Assembly: GCA_963755075.1 (NCBI GenBank)
Contig: CAVWKL010000115.1
Location: forward strand, 4,563 to 68,562
Direction of reading: 5' to 3'
From: an uncultured Alphaproteobacteria bacterium
GTDB taxonomy: Bacteria > Pseudomonadota > Alphaproteobacteria > Rhizobiales > Beijerinckiaceae
Length of the DNA: 64,000 nucleotides
Below are positions 19,412 through 28,267 of the stretch, piece after piece. Below the pieces are notes generated by a model. That model made no database searches, was not told the DNA's origin, and saw only the letters and a list, made by a program, of their open reading frames with translations. How positions within the stretch are numbered: the stretch's first letter is position 1; each line of letters begins with the position of its first letter. The translations under genes were made by a program, and so were the position numbers.

Positions 19412-20344
19412 ATGGTTCGCCATTTTCTTTCCCTTGCGTTGGCGCTTGCGACCCTCGGCTGGTCTTGCGCCACCGGACAGGCGCAGGCCCCGGGGCTCGA
19501 CGCGGGCCAGGGAACGCTGCAATTGTCGGCCGCCCTCGGCGGCTCCGCGGCGGCCTTGACCGGCGGCCTGCGCTGGCGGGTTTTCGCCGCCCGGCCTGAC
19601 CTCGACGGCGCCCACGCGCTCGTGGTCGAATCGAACGAGGCGCAGCCGACCTTGACGGTGCCCGCCGGCGATTACGTCGTTCACGTCGCGCTGGGGCTCG
19701 CCAGCGCCGCCCAGCGCGTTTCCGTGGGACAGGAAGTCAAAAGCGTGCGCCTTTCGCTCAACGCCGGGGCCTTGCGCATCACCGGAACCCTCGGCGACGC
19801 GCCGATCGATCCCTCAAAGCTCTCGATCGCCATTTATGTGCCCGAGCGCAACAACCCCGAGGCCAAGCTGGTCGACGCCAAGGCGCGCGCCGGCGAAATC
19901 ATCGGTCTGCCTGAAGGCGCCTACCACATCGTCTCGACCTTTCTCGATACGGTCGGCGTCGGCTCGATCGGCGTCGGCAAACCTGGCGGGGGCGCGCCCA
20001 GCGCCCCGACGCCGACCAATTCCATCGTCGCCGCCGACATCAAGGTCGCTTCCGGCAAGCTCGTCGACGTGACGTTGCGCCACCGCTGCGCCACCGTGAC
20101 CATCAAGCTGGTGAATGCCCTCGGCGCGGAAGCGCTTGCCAACAGCAGCTTCACCGTGCTCACGCCCGGGGGCGACCTCATCCGCGAGTTGATCGGCGCG
20201 TTTCCCTCGCTCGTTCTCAGCGAGGGCGAATATGTCGTCATCGCCAGGCACGAGTCGAAGACCTACCAGCAGACCTTCCAGGTGCAATCCGGCCTGGACC
20301 GCGACGTGGAAGTTATTGCACAAGAGAGCGCCAAGCAGGAATGA
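19412..20344 (+). CDS. Conserved hypothetical secreted protein with repeated beta-sandwich-like segments
   Basis: Signal peptide and three repeats of the type (V/L)P(A/E)G.Y.(V/I); GC3-rich codon usage. Confidence 0.7.
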   Translation: MVRHFLSLALALATLGWSCATGQAQAPGLDAGQGTLQLSAALGGSAAALTGGLRWRVFAARPDLDGAHALVVESNEAQPTLTVPAGDYVVHVALGLASAAQRVSVGQEVKSVRLSLNAGALRITGTLGDAPIDPSKLSIAIYVPERNNPEAKLVDAKARAGEIIGLPEGAYHIVSTFLDTVGVGSIGVGKPGGGAPSAPTPTNSIVAADIKVASGKLVDVTLRHRCATVTIKLVNALGAEALANSSFTVLTPGGDLIRELIGAFPSLVLSEGEYVVIARHESKTYQQTFQVQSGLDRDVEVIAQESAKQE

Positions 20345-20351
20345 CGACATC

Positions 20352-20588
20352 ATGCAGACGTTTTTCGTGGAAATCAAATGCGCGCTCGGACGCACCTATG
20401 AAGTGGCCAACGCCCTGGCTGAGGCGGAAATCGCCTCCGAAATCTACTCGATCGCCGGCGAATTCGACATTCTCGCCAAATTCTACGTCGAGCACGACGT
20501 CGATATCGGCCATTTCGTCGGCCATAAGGTGCAAATGATTCCCGGCATCGTCGACACGCGCACGATCATCACCTTCAAGGCGTTCTGA
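20352..20588 (+). CDS. Lrp/AsnC ligand-binding (RAM) domain protein
   Basis: SEIYSIAGEFDILAK and IPGIVDTRTII; 78 aa, no HTH. Confidence 0.85.
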   Translation: MQTFFVEIKCALGRTYEVANALAEAEIASEIYSIAGEFDILAKFYVEHDVDIGHFVGHKVQMIPGIVDTRTIITFKAF

Positions 20589-20619
20589 GCCCCGACCCGA
20601 CCCTTCGCAAGAGCCCGCC

Positions 20620-21021
20620 ATGCGCCTCGCCGCTTCCTTCGCCCTTACGCTTCTCGCCGGCGCCGCCCTCGCGGGCAACGATTCGTATTTGTTCGATGCG
20701 TTGCAATCCGGGCCCTATCGCCTCGCTTGGGACAAATTGATGAAGGACGTGCAGCCGACGCCCGATTGGCTGGCGCAATTCAACCGGAATTTCGACGGCG
20801 TCGCCGGCCAGTTCACGACGATCACGATCGAAGGCCAGTCCTACCTGCTGTCGTTTGTCTGCGAGCCGAAGAATTGCGCCAGCCGCAAGTTCGAGGTTCT
20901 CTTCGACGTCGACGGCGAGCACGCCTACGGCGCGCTTGGCGGCCGCGACGAGGAGCCCGCCTTCTACGGCGCGCCGCCGGCGGCGCTTCAGGACGCCCTC
21001 GCCAAAGCGGTCAAGGGCTAG
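20620..21021 (+). CDS. Ivy-family (inhibitor of vertebrate lysozyme) periplasmic protein
   Basis: Signal peptide, YRLAWDKL, PDWL, CEPKNC loop (CKPHDC-like), AYGAL and FYGAP. Confidence 0.75.
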   Translation: MRLAASFALTLLAGAALAGNDSYLFDALQSGPYRLAWDKLMKDVQPTPDWLAQFNRNFDGVAGQFTTITIEGQSYLLSFVCEPKNCASRKFEVLFDVDGEHAYGALGGRDEEPAFYGAPPAALQDALAKAVKG

Positions 21022-21315
21022 AGAGCGAAATCGAGTGGGGGCGCCCGCGCGCGGCCCGCGAATCGGGGAATCGAAATCGTTAACGCTGTCCAAGGGTCAG
21101 CGAGCGCCGGCGGCGCGAATGCACCGTGCGTTAACGCGGGTCTCCGATAATGGCCTCAAAGCGCGCGGCCGAAGAACGCGCCATCGAAGGCCAAGAACGC
21201 CGCCTGTGGAATGATCGTCGATCGTCGGACCGGGATAGACGGCGAACTCCAGCCGCGCGCCAAGAAACGCAGCAAGACCGAAAGGCCGCCTCCGTCGAAG
21301 GGGCGCGAAACCGCT

Positions 21316-21714
21316 ATGCTCTTCATCAAATCCGGCGATGTCTGGCGCGCCGCGACAGGCGAACAAACGCCGCATCATGTCTGCAGCGGGAGTGAAAAAC
21401 TGGCGATCGCCTACGACTGCGGGTCCGGCGCGGCGCTCCACGTCGGCAGCGAAAGGGCGGTGCGAATATGGACCCACGACTATCACATCCGCGCCGAGGG
21501 CTATTACGCCAGGACGATGGCCGCCCATGACGCGAAAGGGGCGCAGTTCGCACAAGACATGATGCAAAACCTGGTCGTCGCCGTCATGGCGATCAAGCCG
21601 CGATCGATCGAGCTGATCAACCTCTGCCTCGGCGACCCTAAGGCCGTCCTTCGTCTCATCGAAGCCGGAAGGCTTCCGGGTCGGCCGGTCGCGAGCGATC
21701 TCGTCGCCGCCTGA
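21316..21714 (+). CDS. Hypothetical protein
   Basis: Open frame filling the gap before a convergent gene; alternative start 21211; no recognised family. Confidence 0.5.
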   Translation: MLFIKSGDVWRAATGEQTPHHVCSGSEKLAIAYDCGSGAALHVGSERAVRIWTHDYHIRAEGYYARTMAAHDAKGAQFAQDMMQNLVVAVMAIKPRSIELINLCLGDPKAVLRLIEAGRLPGRPVASDLVAA

Positions 21715-21735
21715 ACGGCGCGCCATCGCGCCCCT

Positions 21736-22818
21736 TCAGGCTTTCTTTTCGTCGCCCGCCAGGCGATCGTCATAGCGGCGCGCGACCCCCTGGGGATCGG
21801 CGACGTCCCAGCCGCCTCCGCAGCGCGCCGCGATATAGGCGGGCCCGATCGGGACCTTGCCGTGGGCGCCGGGAATGTCGAGCACATAGGTCGGCAGCGC
21901 CAGGCCCGACAGGCGCCGACGCAACTCCGCCATCAGCGCCTGGCCCTCGGCGATCGAGGTGCGCAGATGGGCGGCGCCCGGCGCGAGATCGCCGTGGTGG
22001 AGATAATAGGGCTTGACCCGCGTCTCGACGAAGGCGCGCATCAACGCCTCGAGCGTGTCGGCGTCGTCGTTGACCCCCTTGAGCAACACGCTCTGGCTCA
22101 CCATCGCCGCGCCGCGATCGATCAGCCGTCGGCACGCCTCGCGCGCCTCTTGAGTCAATTCGCGGGGATGGTTGGCGTGCAGCGCGACGAAGACGGTCTT
22201 GTCGTGGCCGCCCGTCAGCGCCTCGGCCATCGCCTTCGTGACGCGCTCGGGCGCGGCGACCGGCAGGCGCGTATGCCAGCGCAGGACTTTGAGGTGGTCG
22301 ATCGCGGCGAGCGCGCGGGTCATCTCGGCGAGGCGGCGCGCCGAGAGCGTCAGCGGATCGCCCCCAGTCAGCACCGCCTCCCAGATTTCCGGGCGGGCGC
22401 GGATATAGGCGAGCGCGGCGGCAAAGTCGCCTTCGCTCAGCGCGCCGGCGCCCGGCCCGATCATTTCGCGGCGGAAACAGAAGCGGCAATAGACCGCGCA
22501 GACCGATACGAGCTTGATCAGCACCCGGTCGCGGTAGCGATGCACGAGGCCCTCGAGCGGGCTCTTCAAATTGTCGCCGATCGGATCAGGGTCTTCGGCG
22601 GGATCGCGGATGAGTTCGCGCCCGTCGGGAACGTATTGGCGCGCGATCGGATCGGCGGGATTGCCGCGTTCGATCAGCCCCGCCGCCGCGGGCGTCAGCG
22701 CGATCGCGTAGCGGGCGGCGACCGCCGCAATCTCGTTGCGCCGCGACGACGCAACGAGGCCGGCGGCGATCAGGTCGTCGGGCGACTTCAGCGTGCGCGC
22801 GGGACGGCGGATGCTCAT
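21736..22818 (-). CDS. Lysine 2,3-aminomutase-like radical SAM enzyme (EpmB/KamA family)
   Basis: HRYRDRVL, CAVYCRFCFRR, LTGGDPL, QSVLLKGVND, PYYLHH.D and YVLDIPG.HGK (PLP lysine). Confidence 0.92.
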   Translation of the reverse strand: MSIRRPARTLKSPDDLIAAGLVASSRRNEIAAVAARYAIALTPAAAGLIERGNPADPIARQYVPDGRELIRDPAEDPDPIGDNLKSPLEGLVHRYRDRVLIKLVSVCAVYCRFCFRREMIGPGAGALSEGDFAAALAYIRARPEIWEAVLTGGDPLTLSARRLAEMTRALAAIDHLKVLRWHTRLPVAAPERVTKAMAEALTGGHDKTVFVALHANHPRELTQEAREACRRLIDRGAAMVSQSVLLKGVNDDADTLEALMRAFVETRVKPYYLHHGDLAPGAAHLRTSIAEGQALMAELRRRLSGLALPTYVLDIPGAHGKVPIGPAYIAARCGGGWDVADPQGVARRYDDRLAGDEKKA

Positions 22819-22901
22819 CGCCGCTGTTTAGGCGCGCGGCGAGCCGAAGGGAAGGCGGCGGGGTCGCCCGCGCGTCGACTGGCGATATTCGGCAACGCGC
22901 A

Positions 22902-23423
22902 TCATGTCCCCGGCAAATCCGATTCCTGCCGCGTTTGCTTTTCTTTCAGGGGCTTGCGGGGCGGAAAATTTCCCTCTCGACCGCGGCGGGCGCGGACTTC
23001 GGCGGCCGAGGCTCGCGTGGGCCTGCCCCGATCCGCGGCGGCGATCGCGGCGCGGCCGAAGCCGGGATGGCGGTCGCGTTCGGCTGCGGGCTGGATCGGC
23101 CGGTCCATCGCCTGAAGATCGCCCTCCATCATCCTCGTATGGGCGACGAGCATCGCCTCGCCGAGTCGGGCGGTCTGCAACTGCACGAAGCCGGCGGGCG
23201 GATCGACCTCGCGCTTGGCGAGCGTCTCGGCGATGACCTGGCGCACGCGGCGGATCGTGATCGTTTCCGCATTGGCGATATTCGCCGCCGAGGCGTCCAT
23301 CGTCAGCCGCTCGAGAACGCCCAGCTTGCGCTCGGCCGTTGCGCGCCGCGCCTCGCTGCGTCGCGCCGATGCGCGCGCCGGCGGCGGTTGGGCGCGGCGG
23401 GGTTTCTTGCGAGTCTTCGCCAT
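22902..23423 (-). CDS. Hypothetical protein with possible HTH (IANAETITIRRVRQVI); may be degenerate
   Basis: Basic N-terminus, HTH-like segment and helical middle (FVQLQTARL...MMEGDLQAMDR); preceded by an AT-rich promoter-like tract. Confidence 0.5.
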   Translation of the reverse strand: MAKTRKKPRRAQPPPARASARRSEARRATAERKLGVLERLTMDASAANIANAETITIRRVRQVIAETLAKREVDPPAGFVQLQTARLGEAMLVAHTRMMEGDLQAMDRPIQPAAERDRHPGFGRAAIAAADRGRPTRASAAEVRARRGREGNFPPRKPLKEKQTRQESDLPGT

Positions 23424-23845
23424 GAATGAGGTCCGAGAGAAGGCGGGTCGACCCGGGAAGGATAGCATGAATTGTGTTTTTCAGAAAGTGATATCTCTAT
23501 TCCTATGAAATACTTAATAAATCTGACCTCGTCGCAGCGGCTTGATTTTGCAAACAGGGCGCATGTCCTGGCGCGCGTCGTCTCCTTGCCTGAAAGCAGA
23601 CCGGCGCGGTCATTGCGGCCCTCGCGACGCTGGGGTCCGCGTGCGCGGCTCGTGGACGGCGCGTCGTTCGCCTCGACGGAATTATGCCTATCCCAAGCCT
23701 GAGCGAGCCCGACCCCTTGGCGGCCGCCTCGGCGCTGGCGTGGCTTCGGCCGCCGGTATGGCAATCGCGAGGACGGGCTGGCGGAAGGGGGGGCGATCGT
23801 CCTGAGCGGCCATGGGCAATGGGGCGCCCGGGAGATCGGACTTGG

Positions 23846-24643
23846 TCAACCGAAAAGCCGGCGGAAAGGCCGGCGGAAAGGCCGGCGAAGGTCGCGCATG
23901 GCTTTCGAGAACCTATTGTCCTTTTTCATTTTCTTCAGCCGTTCCGCTTCGGCAAGCGGCCGGATCCGCGCGTCCGTCGAACGCCAAGCATGAAAAATGC
24001 CCCGGCTCGGGGGAACCGCCGAGGACGCCTCGACTTCGGCGAATCCGAGACCGAGCAGCAAGGCCGTCATGCAATGTTCGTTCGGGCCCCACCAATTGCT
24101 GGCGTCTTCGCCAAGTTCGCGCCCGGGATAAAACGCCATGGCGGGGCGATCAAGGTCGCGCAGGTCGAGTGCGGTCTCGACAACCAAGACTTGCCTTGCG
24201 AGGCGCGCCGCCCGGCCAAGCGCCTCGATGGCGTCGTAGCGATGATAGAAGACGCCGAGGTAGAGAACGACGTCAAATTCGCCGACCGTGTCGGACGAGA
24301 GCTGCGCCACGTCGATCTCGCGCGCCTCGATGTCCAGGCCAAGCGCCGAGCGCGCGAGATCGAAGGTCTCGCGGCCACGAAAATGGGGATGAGTCCAGCA
24401 GACCGAGTCGGTCGCCAGCACCTGAGCCGCGCCGCGCCGCTTGGCCTCGAAGCTGAAGAACCCGTTCCACGCGCCGACGTCGAGCACGGTGCGGCCGCCC
24501 AAATCAATTCGATCAAAAATGGCGTTCGCTTCGGCGGCGCATATGGCGCTCGATTTGACCCCCGGCGTCGTCACGCCGTCGCTCAGCGCGATGGAATGGT
24601 GCCAGTAATGGCTGGCGACCTGCGCCCTGAGATCATCGTCCAT
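23846..24643 (-). CDS. Class I SAM-dependent methyltransferase (CmoB/DUF1698-like)
   Basis: WHHSIAL..GV.TPG, VLDVGAWNGFFSFEA, FDVVLYLGVFYH and SNWWGPN. The C-terminus has a 12-bp tandem repeat (RRPF RRPF RRLF). Confidence 0.85.
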   Translation of the reverse strand: MDDDLRAQVASHYWHHSIALSDGVTTPGVKSSAICAAEANAIFDRIDLGGRTVLDVGAWNGFFSFEAKRRGAAQVLATDSVCWTHPHFRGRETFDLARSALGLDIEAREIDVAQLSSDTVGEFDVVLYLGVFYHRYDAIEALGRAARLARQVLVVETALDLRDLDRPAMAFYPGRELGEDASNWWGPNEHCMTALLLGLGFAEVEASSAVPPSRGIFHAWRSTDARIRPLAEAERLKKMKKDNRFSKAMRDLRRPFRRPFRRLFG

Positions 24644-24926
24644 GGCCAATTCCATCTTTGATTGCAAAACAGCCGCTCGCCAAAACCGGATTGCGCAAGA
24701 CGCCCTCCGGTTCAAGCCCACTCTGCGACCGTCTTGGGACTCCTGGCAATCACGGACCGCCAACGGGAGCCGCTGGCGCGTTGGCGGAGGGCGTCGGGAC
24801 GTCAAGCCATCGCGGCGATGGCGCGGGCGCCGTCCATGCCGTCGCGCCAATCGGGCGCGGTTTGGCCGCAAGGCCGAATTCGGGGTGCAAGTCCGGCAAA
24901 CCTCGAAAAGCTGGTAGGATATCCCC

Positions 24927-25604
24927 ATGGATTCGTTCATCGTGCGCGGCGTCGTTTCGAACCTCGTCTCCGCGCTCATCCTCATCGCCTGCCTCTTTCC
25001 GGCGGCAGGCGGCTGGAATTATTGGCAGGGATGGGCGTTCCTCGTCGTGTTCGAACTCTGCGCGCAGGCGTTCGGGGTCTATTTTCTCATCACCGACCGC
25101 ACGGTGATCGAACGGCGGGCGCGGATCGGGCCGACGGCTGAGCGGGAGCCGGCGCAGAAGATCATCTCGGCCTTGATCGTCGCCAACTTCATCGCGGCGC
25201 TGATCGTTCCCGCCCTCGACCATCGCTTCGGCTGGTCGCCGGTCGCGCCCGGCGTCTCGATCCTGGGGGACGGGCTCGTCGCGCTCTCATTCCTGATCTT
25301 CTTCTGGGTCATGAAGGCCAACGCTTACGCGGCCTCGACCATTCAGGTCGAGGACGGACAGCCCGTCATCTCGTCGGGTCCCTACGCGCGCGTCCGCCAT
25401 CCCATGTACGCCGGCGCCCTCGTGCTGATCTTCGGAATGCTTCTCGCGCTGGGTTCGCTCTGGGGCCTTCTCCTGCTGATCCCCTTCCTGGCGCTGCTCG
25501 TGTGGCGCCTCCTCGATGAGGAGCGGTTCCTGCGCAAGAACCTTCCCGGCTATGCCGAATACATGCAGCGGGTGCGCTCTCGGCTGGTTCCGGGGATCTT
25601 TTAA
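24927..25604 (+). CDS. Isoprenylcysteine carboxyl methyltransferase family membrane protein
   Basis: Multiple TM segments, GPYARVRHPMYAG and EERFL...LPGY.EY...V..RLVPG. Confidence 0.9.
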   Translation: MDSFIVRGVVSNLVSALILIACLFPAAGGWNYWQGWAFLVVFELCAQAFGVYFLITDRTVIERRARIGPTAEREPAQKIISALIVANFIAALIVPALDHRFGWSPVAPGVSILGDGLVALSFLIFFWVMKANAYAASTIQVEDGQPVISSGPYARVRHPMYAGALVLIFGMLLALGSLWGLLLLIPFLALLVWRLLDEERFLRKNLPGYAEYMQRVRSRLVPGIF

Positions 25605-25722
25605 GAGAGGCGCCCAAGAGGGGGCTATTCGGGCGGAGCGACCGTTTGGCCGAGTTGGTACAAAGGGAAAGACGGGTGTGTTCCAGCAACTGTCAGCGCA
25701 ATTCCGTGGTTCAATATTATTT

Positions 25723-25878
25723 GGATCATGTTGCATTTAGATCGTACGGGCCGCTGGCGTCATTGCGAGCGATAGCGAAGCAATCCAGACTAAGCCAACG
25801 CCGCAATCCCCAAGTCTGGATGGCTTCGCTTTGCTCGCCATGACGGACAGTTGATTCATATTAAACGCAACATGTTCC
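25723..25878. repeat. Nested palindromic (REP/MITE-like) element
   Basis: Inner inverted repeat CGTCATTGCGAGCGATAGCGAAGCAATCCAGACT ... AGTCTGGATGGCTTCGCTTTGCTCGCCATGACG (25758-25845). Outer inverted repeat GGATCATGTTGCATTTAG ... TTAAACGCAACATGTTCC (15/18 complementary). Confidence 0.75.
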
Positions 25879-25900
25879 GTCGACACGAACGCTGGTCTGC

Positions 25901-26353
25901 TTATTCACAAGACATTGCATCAACAAGTACATTGGTGATCGACACAAACGGAATTAGTCCAATCATTACAATCAGAATCACAAATGGAACAATAAAAATT
26001 ATGTCACTTAGCAAGACAGATCCAATTATCGATATTCTATATATTTCATATGAACCAGCCTCCATTAATTCTTCCGATTGTTCGAATCCGGTCGGCATTC
26101 CGCTCCTGAATCCTCTAACGGACGTCAATACGACTACCATTATACTAAATATAGACGTTGCAGCTATTACGTCGTCGAAAGTTCTAAATAGACCGAAATT
26201 AAGAAATTTTGTGCAATCCCTAGCACGAATAGCCAATAATATGCTATCACTCGCCAATGTTAATACAAAACTTGCCACTGAGATAAATCATATAACTTTC
26301 GCTAATATTCGTAGGTTGCTTTTTCCTCCGAATCTCGCCTTCGTTTTAACCAT
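25901..26353 (-). pseudogene. AT-rich hypothetical membrane protein gene with in-frame TGA at 26288-26290
   Basis: The ATG at 26353 follows an AGGTG SD-like motif and is in frame with the 125-aa ORF at 25901-26278. It has several hydrophobic segments. GC was about 37% in a 60-nt sample, against a GC-rich background. Confidence 0.5.
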
Positions 26354-26612
26354 TAGCCCACCTGGAGATCGCTAATATTTCTTAAGCCAACGCTTCAATT
26401 TAAATTGTTCCCACGAGAGAATCACGGTGATGGGGCGGAATCGACGCGCCAAGATGGGCTTTGTCCATCTGAATACGTCGACAGGCCCATCAATTTCCAA
26501 TCTCGGCCCACCCCGGCGCGTCCCGTAGCAGCGGAGAATCGCCTCGCGAGCGATTGAACCCCTTCCCGGCGTCGAAAAAACGCCCCGAGCGCGCTCGCCC
26601 CGCCCCCTCCCC

Positions 26613-26996
26613 TCACCACATATCCAACGCCACCCGCGCCTCGTCGGACATGCGGCTTTGGTCCCAGGGCGGGTCGAAGACCATGTTGACCTTGACGCCG
26701 GAGACGCCGGGCACGGCGGCGACGGCGTTTTCGACCCATTGCGGCATTTCGCCCGCCACCGGGCAGGCCGGCGCCGTCAAGGTCATCTCGACGGTGACGA
26801 AGCGGTCGTCGTCGATGTCGACGTTGTAGATCAGCCCGAGCTCGTAAATGTCGGCCGGAATTTCCGGATCGTAGACGCTCTTCAGCGCCAGGACGATCTG
26901 CTCGGTCAGCGCGGCGAGCTCCGCCTTCGACATCGCCGAGGGCGGCCTTTCCATGGGAAGGCTCGGCGGCGTGGCGGCGATCTGGCTGTCGGTCAT
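26613..26996 (-). CDS. sufT: SUF system Fe-S assembly protein SufT (DUF59)
   Basis: VYDPEIPADIYELGLIY, MTLTAPACPVAG and FDPPW; directly after sufS. Confidence 0.9.
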   Translation of the reverse strand: MTDSQIAATPPSLPMERPPSAMSKAELAALTEQIVLALKSVYDPEIPADIYELGLIYNVDIDDDRFVTVEMTLTAPACPVAGEMPQWVENAVAAVPGVSGVKVNMVFDPPWDQSRMSDEARVALDMW

Positions 26997-27010
26997 GGCC
27001 AAGGCCCTCC

Positions 27011-28267
27011 TCAATCGAAAAGCTTCTGCGCGTGGAGAAGCGCGTCGGCGAGCGCGTCGACCTCGGCGCGGGTGTTGTAGAGCGCGAACGAGGCGCGGCA
27101 GGTGGAGGTCTCGCCGAAGCGCTGCAGCAGCGGCATGGCGCAATGCGTGCCGGCGCGCACCGCGACGCCGGCGCGGTCGATGATCGTCGCCACGTCATGG
27201 GCGTGCGCGCCTTGCATGGTGAAGGCGACGATCGGTCCCTTGCCCGGCGCCCTGCCGATGATGCGCAGCGCGTTGATCGCGCCGAGCCGCTCATGGGCGT
27301 AGGCGTTGAGGGCCGCCTCGTGCGCGCCGATGCGGGCGCGCCCGACGCCTTCGATGTAGTCGAGCGCGGCGGCGAGCCCGACCGCCTGGGCGATCGGGGG
27401 CGTGCCCGCCTCGAAGCGGTAGGGCGGCTTGTTGTAGGTGACCGTGTCGAGCGTGACGTCCTCGATCATCTCGCCCCCGCCGTTGAAGGGCGCCAGCGCC
27501 TCCAGCATCGCCCGCTTGCCGTAGAGCGCGCCGATGCCGGTCGGGCCGCAGAGCTTGTGGCCGGTGACGACGTAGAAGTCGACGTCGAGATCGCGCACGT
27601 CGACCTCGAGATGCACCGCGCCCTGCGAGCCGTCGACCAGCACCGGCACGCCGTGGGCGTGGGCGATGCGGGCGATCGCCTTGATCGGCGGCGCGGTGCC
27701 GAGAACGTTCGACATCTGGGTGATGGCGACGATCTTGGTGCGCTTGGTCAGCGCCTGTTCGAAAGCCTCGAGCGAAAACGAGCCGTCGTCGGCGACGTCG
27801 ACCCATTTGATCACCGCGCCCTTGCGCTCGCGATGAAAATGCCAGGGCACGATGTTGGAATGGTGCTCCATCACCGAGAGGACGATTTCGTCGCCTTCGC
27901 CGATATGGGCAAGCCCATAGCTCGCCGCGACCAGGTTGATCGCCTCGGTCGCCGATCGGGTGAAGACGATTTCCTCGGCCGAGGCGGCGTTGAGGAAGCG
28001 GCGCACGCTCTCGCGCGCCGCCTCATAGGCCTCCGTCGCCGCATTGGCGAGATAATGCAGGCCGCGATGGACGTTGGCGTATTCGTGCTCGTAGAAATGG
28101 GCGAGGCGATCGATGACGGCGCGCGGCTTCTGCGCCGAGGCGGCGTTGTCGAGATAGACCAGCGGCTTGCCGTAGGGCCGCTCGGCGAGGATGGGAAAAT
28201 CGGCGCGGATCGCCTCGACGTCGTAGGGGGCGAGGCCCGCGGCGGATGGGGTCTGGCGGATCGTCAT
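27011..28267 (-). CDS. sufS: Cysteine desulfurase SufS
   Basis: IRADFPIL, YLDNAASAQKP, MEHHSNIVPW, TGHKLCGPTG, FEAGTP and RAGTHCA. Confidence 0.95.
   Translation of the reverse strand: MTIRQTPSAAGLAPYDVEAIRADFPILAERPYGKPLVYLDNAASAQKPRAVIDRLAHFYEHEYANVHRGLHYLANAATEAYEAARESVRRFLNAASAEEIVFTRSATEAINLVAASYGLAHIGEGDEIVLSVMEHHSNIVPWHFHRERKGAVIKWVDVADDGSFSLEAFEQALTKRTKIVAITQMSNVLGTAPPIKAIARIAHAHGVPVLVDGSQGAVHLEVDVRDLDVDFYVVTGHKLCGPTGIGALYGKRAMLEALAPFNGGGEMIEDVTLDTVTYNKPPYRFEAGTPPIAQAVGLAAALDYIEGVGRARIGAHEAALNAYAHERLGAINALRIIGRAPGKGPIVAFTMQGAHAHDVATIIDRAGVAVRAGTHCAMPLLQRFGETSTCRASFALYNTRAEVDALADALLHAQKLFD

Noticed and set aside
23852-23890. 12-bp tandem repeat as a CRISPR or contingency locus
   Set aside because: About three units with no spacers, in frame, encoding the RRPF tail of the methyltransferase.
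25851-26375. 174-aa plus-strand ORF over the AT-rich islet
   Set aside because: Ile/Asn/Thr-rich mirror of the hydrophobic minus-strand gene, with no convincing RBS; not fully excluded.
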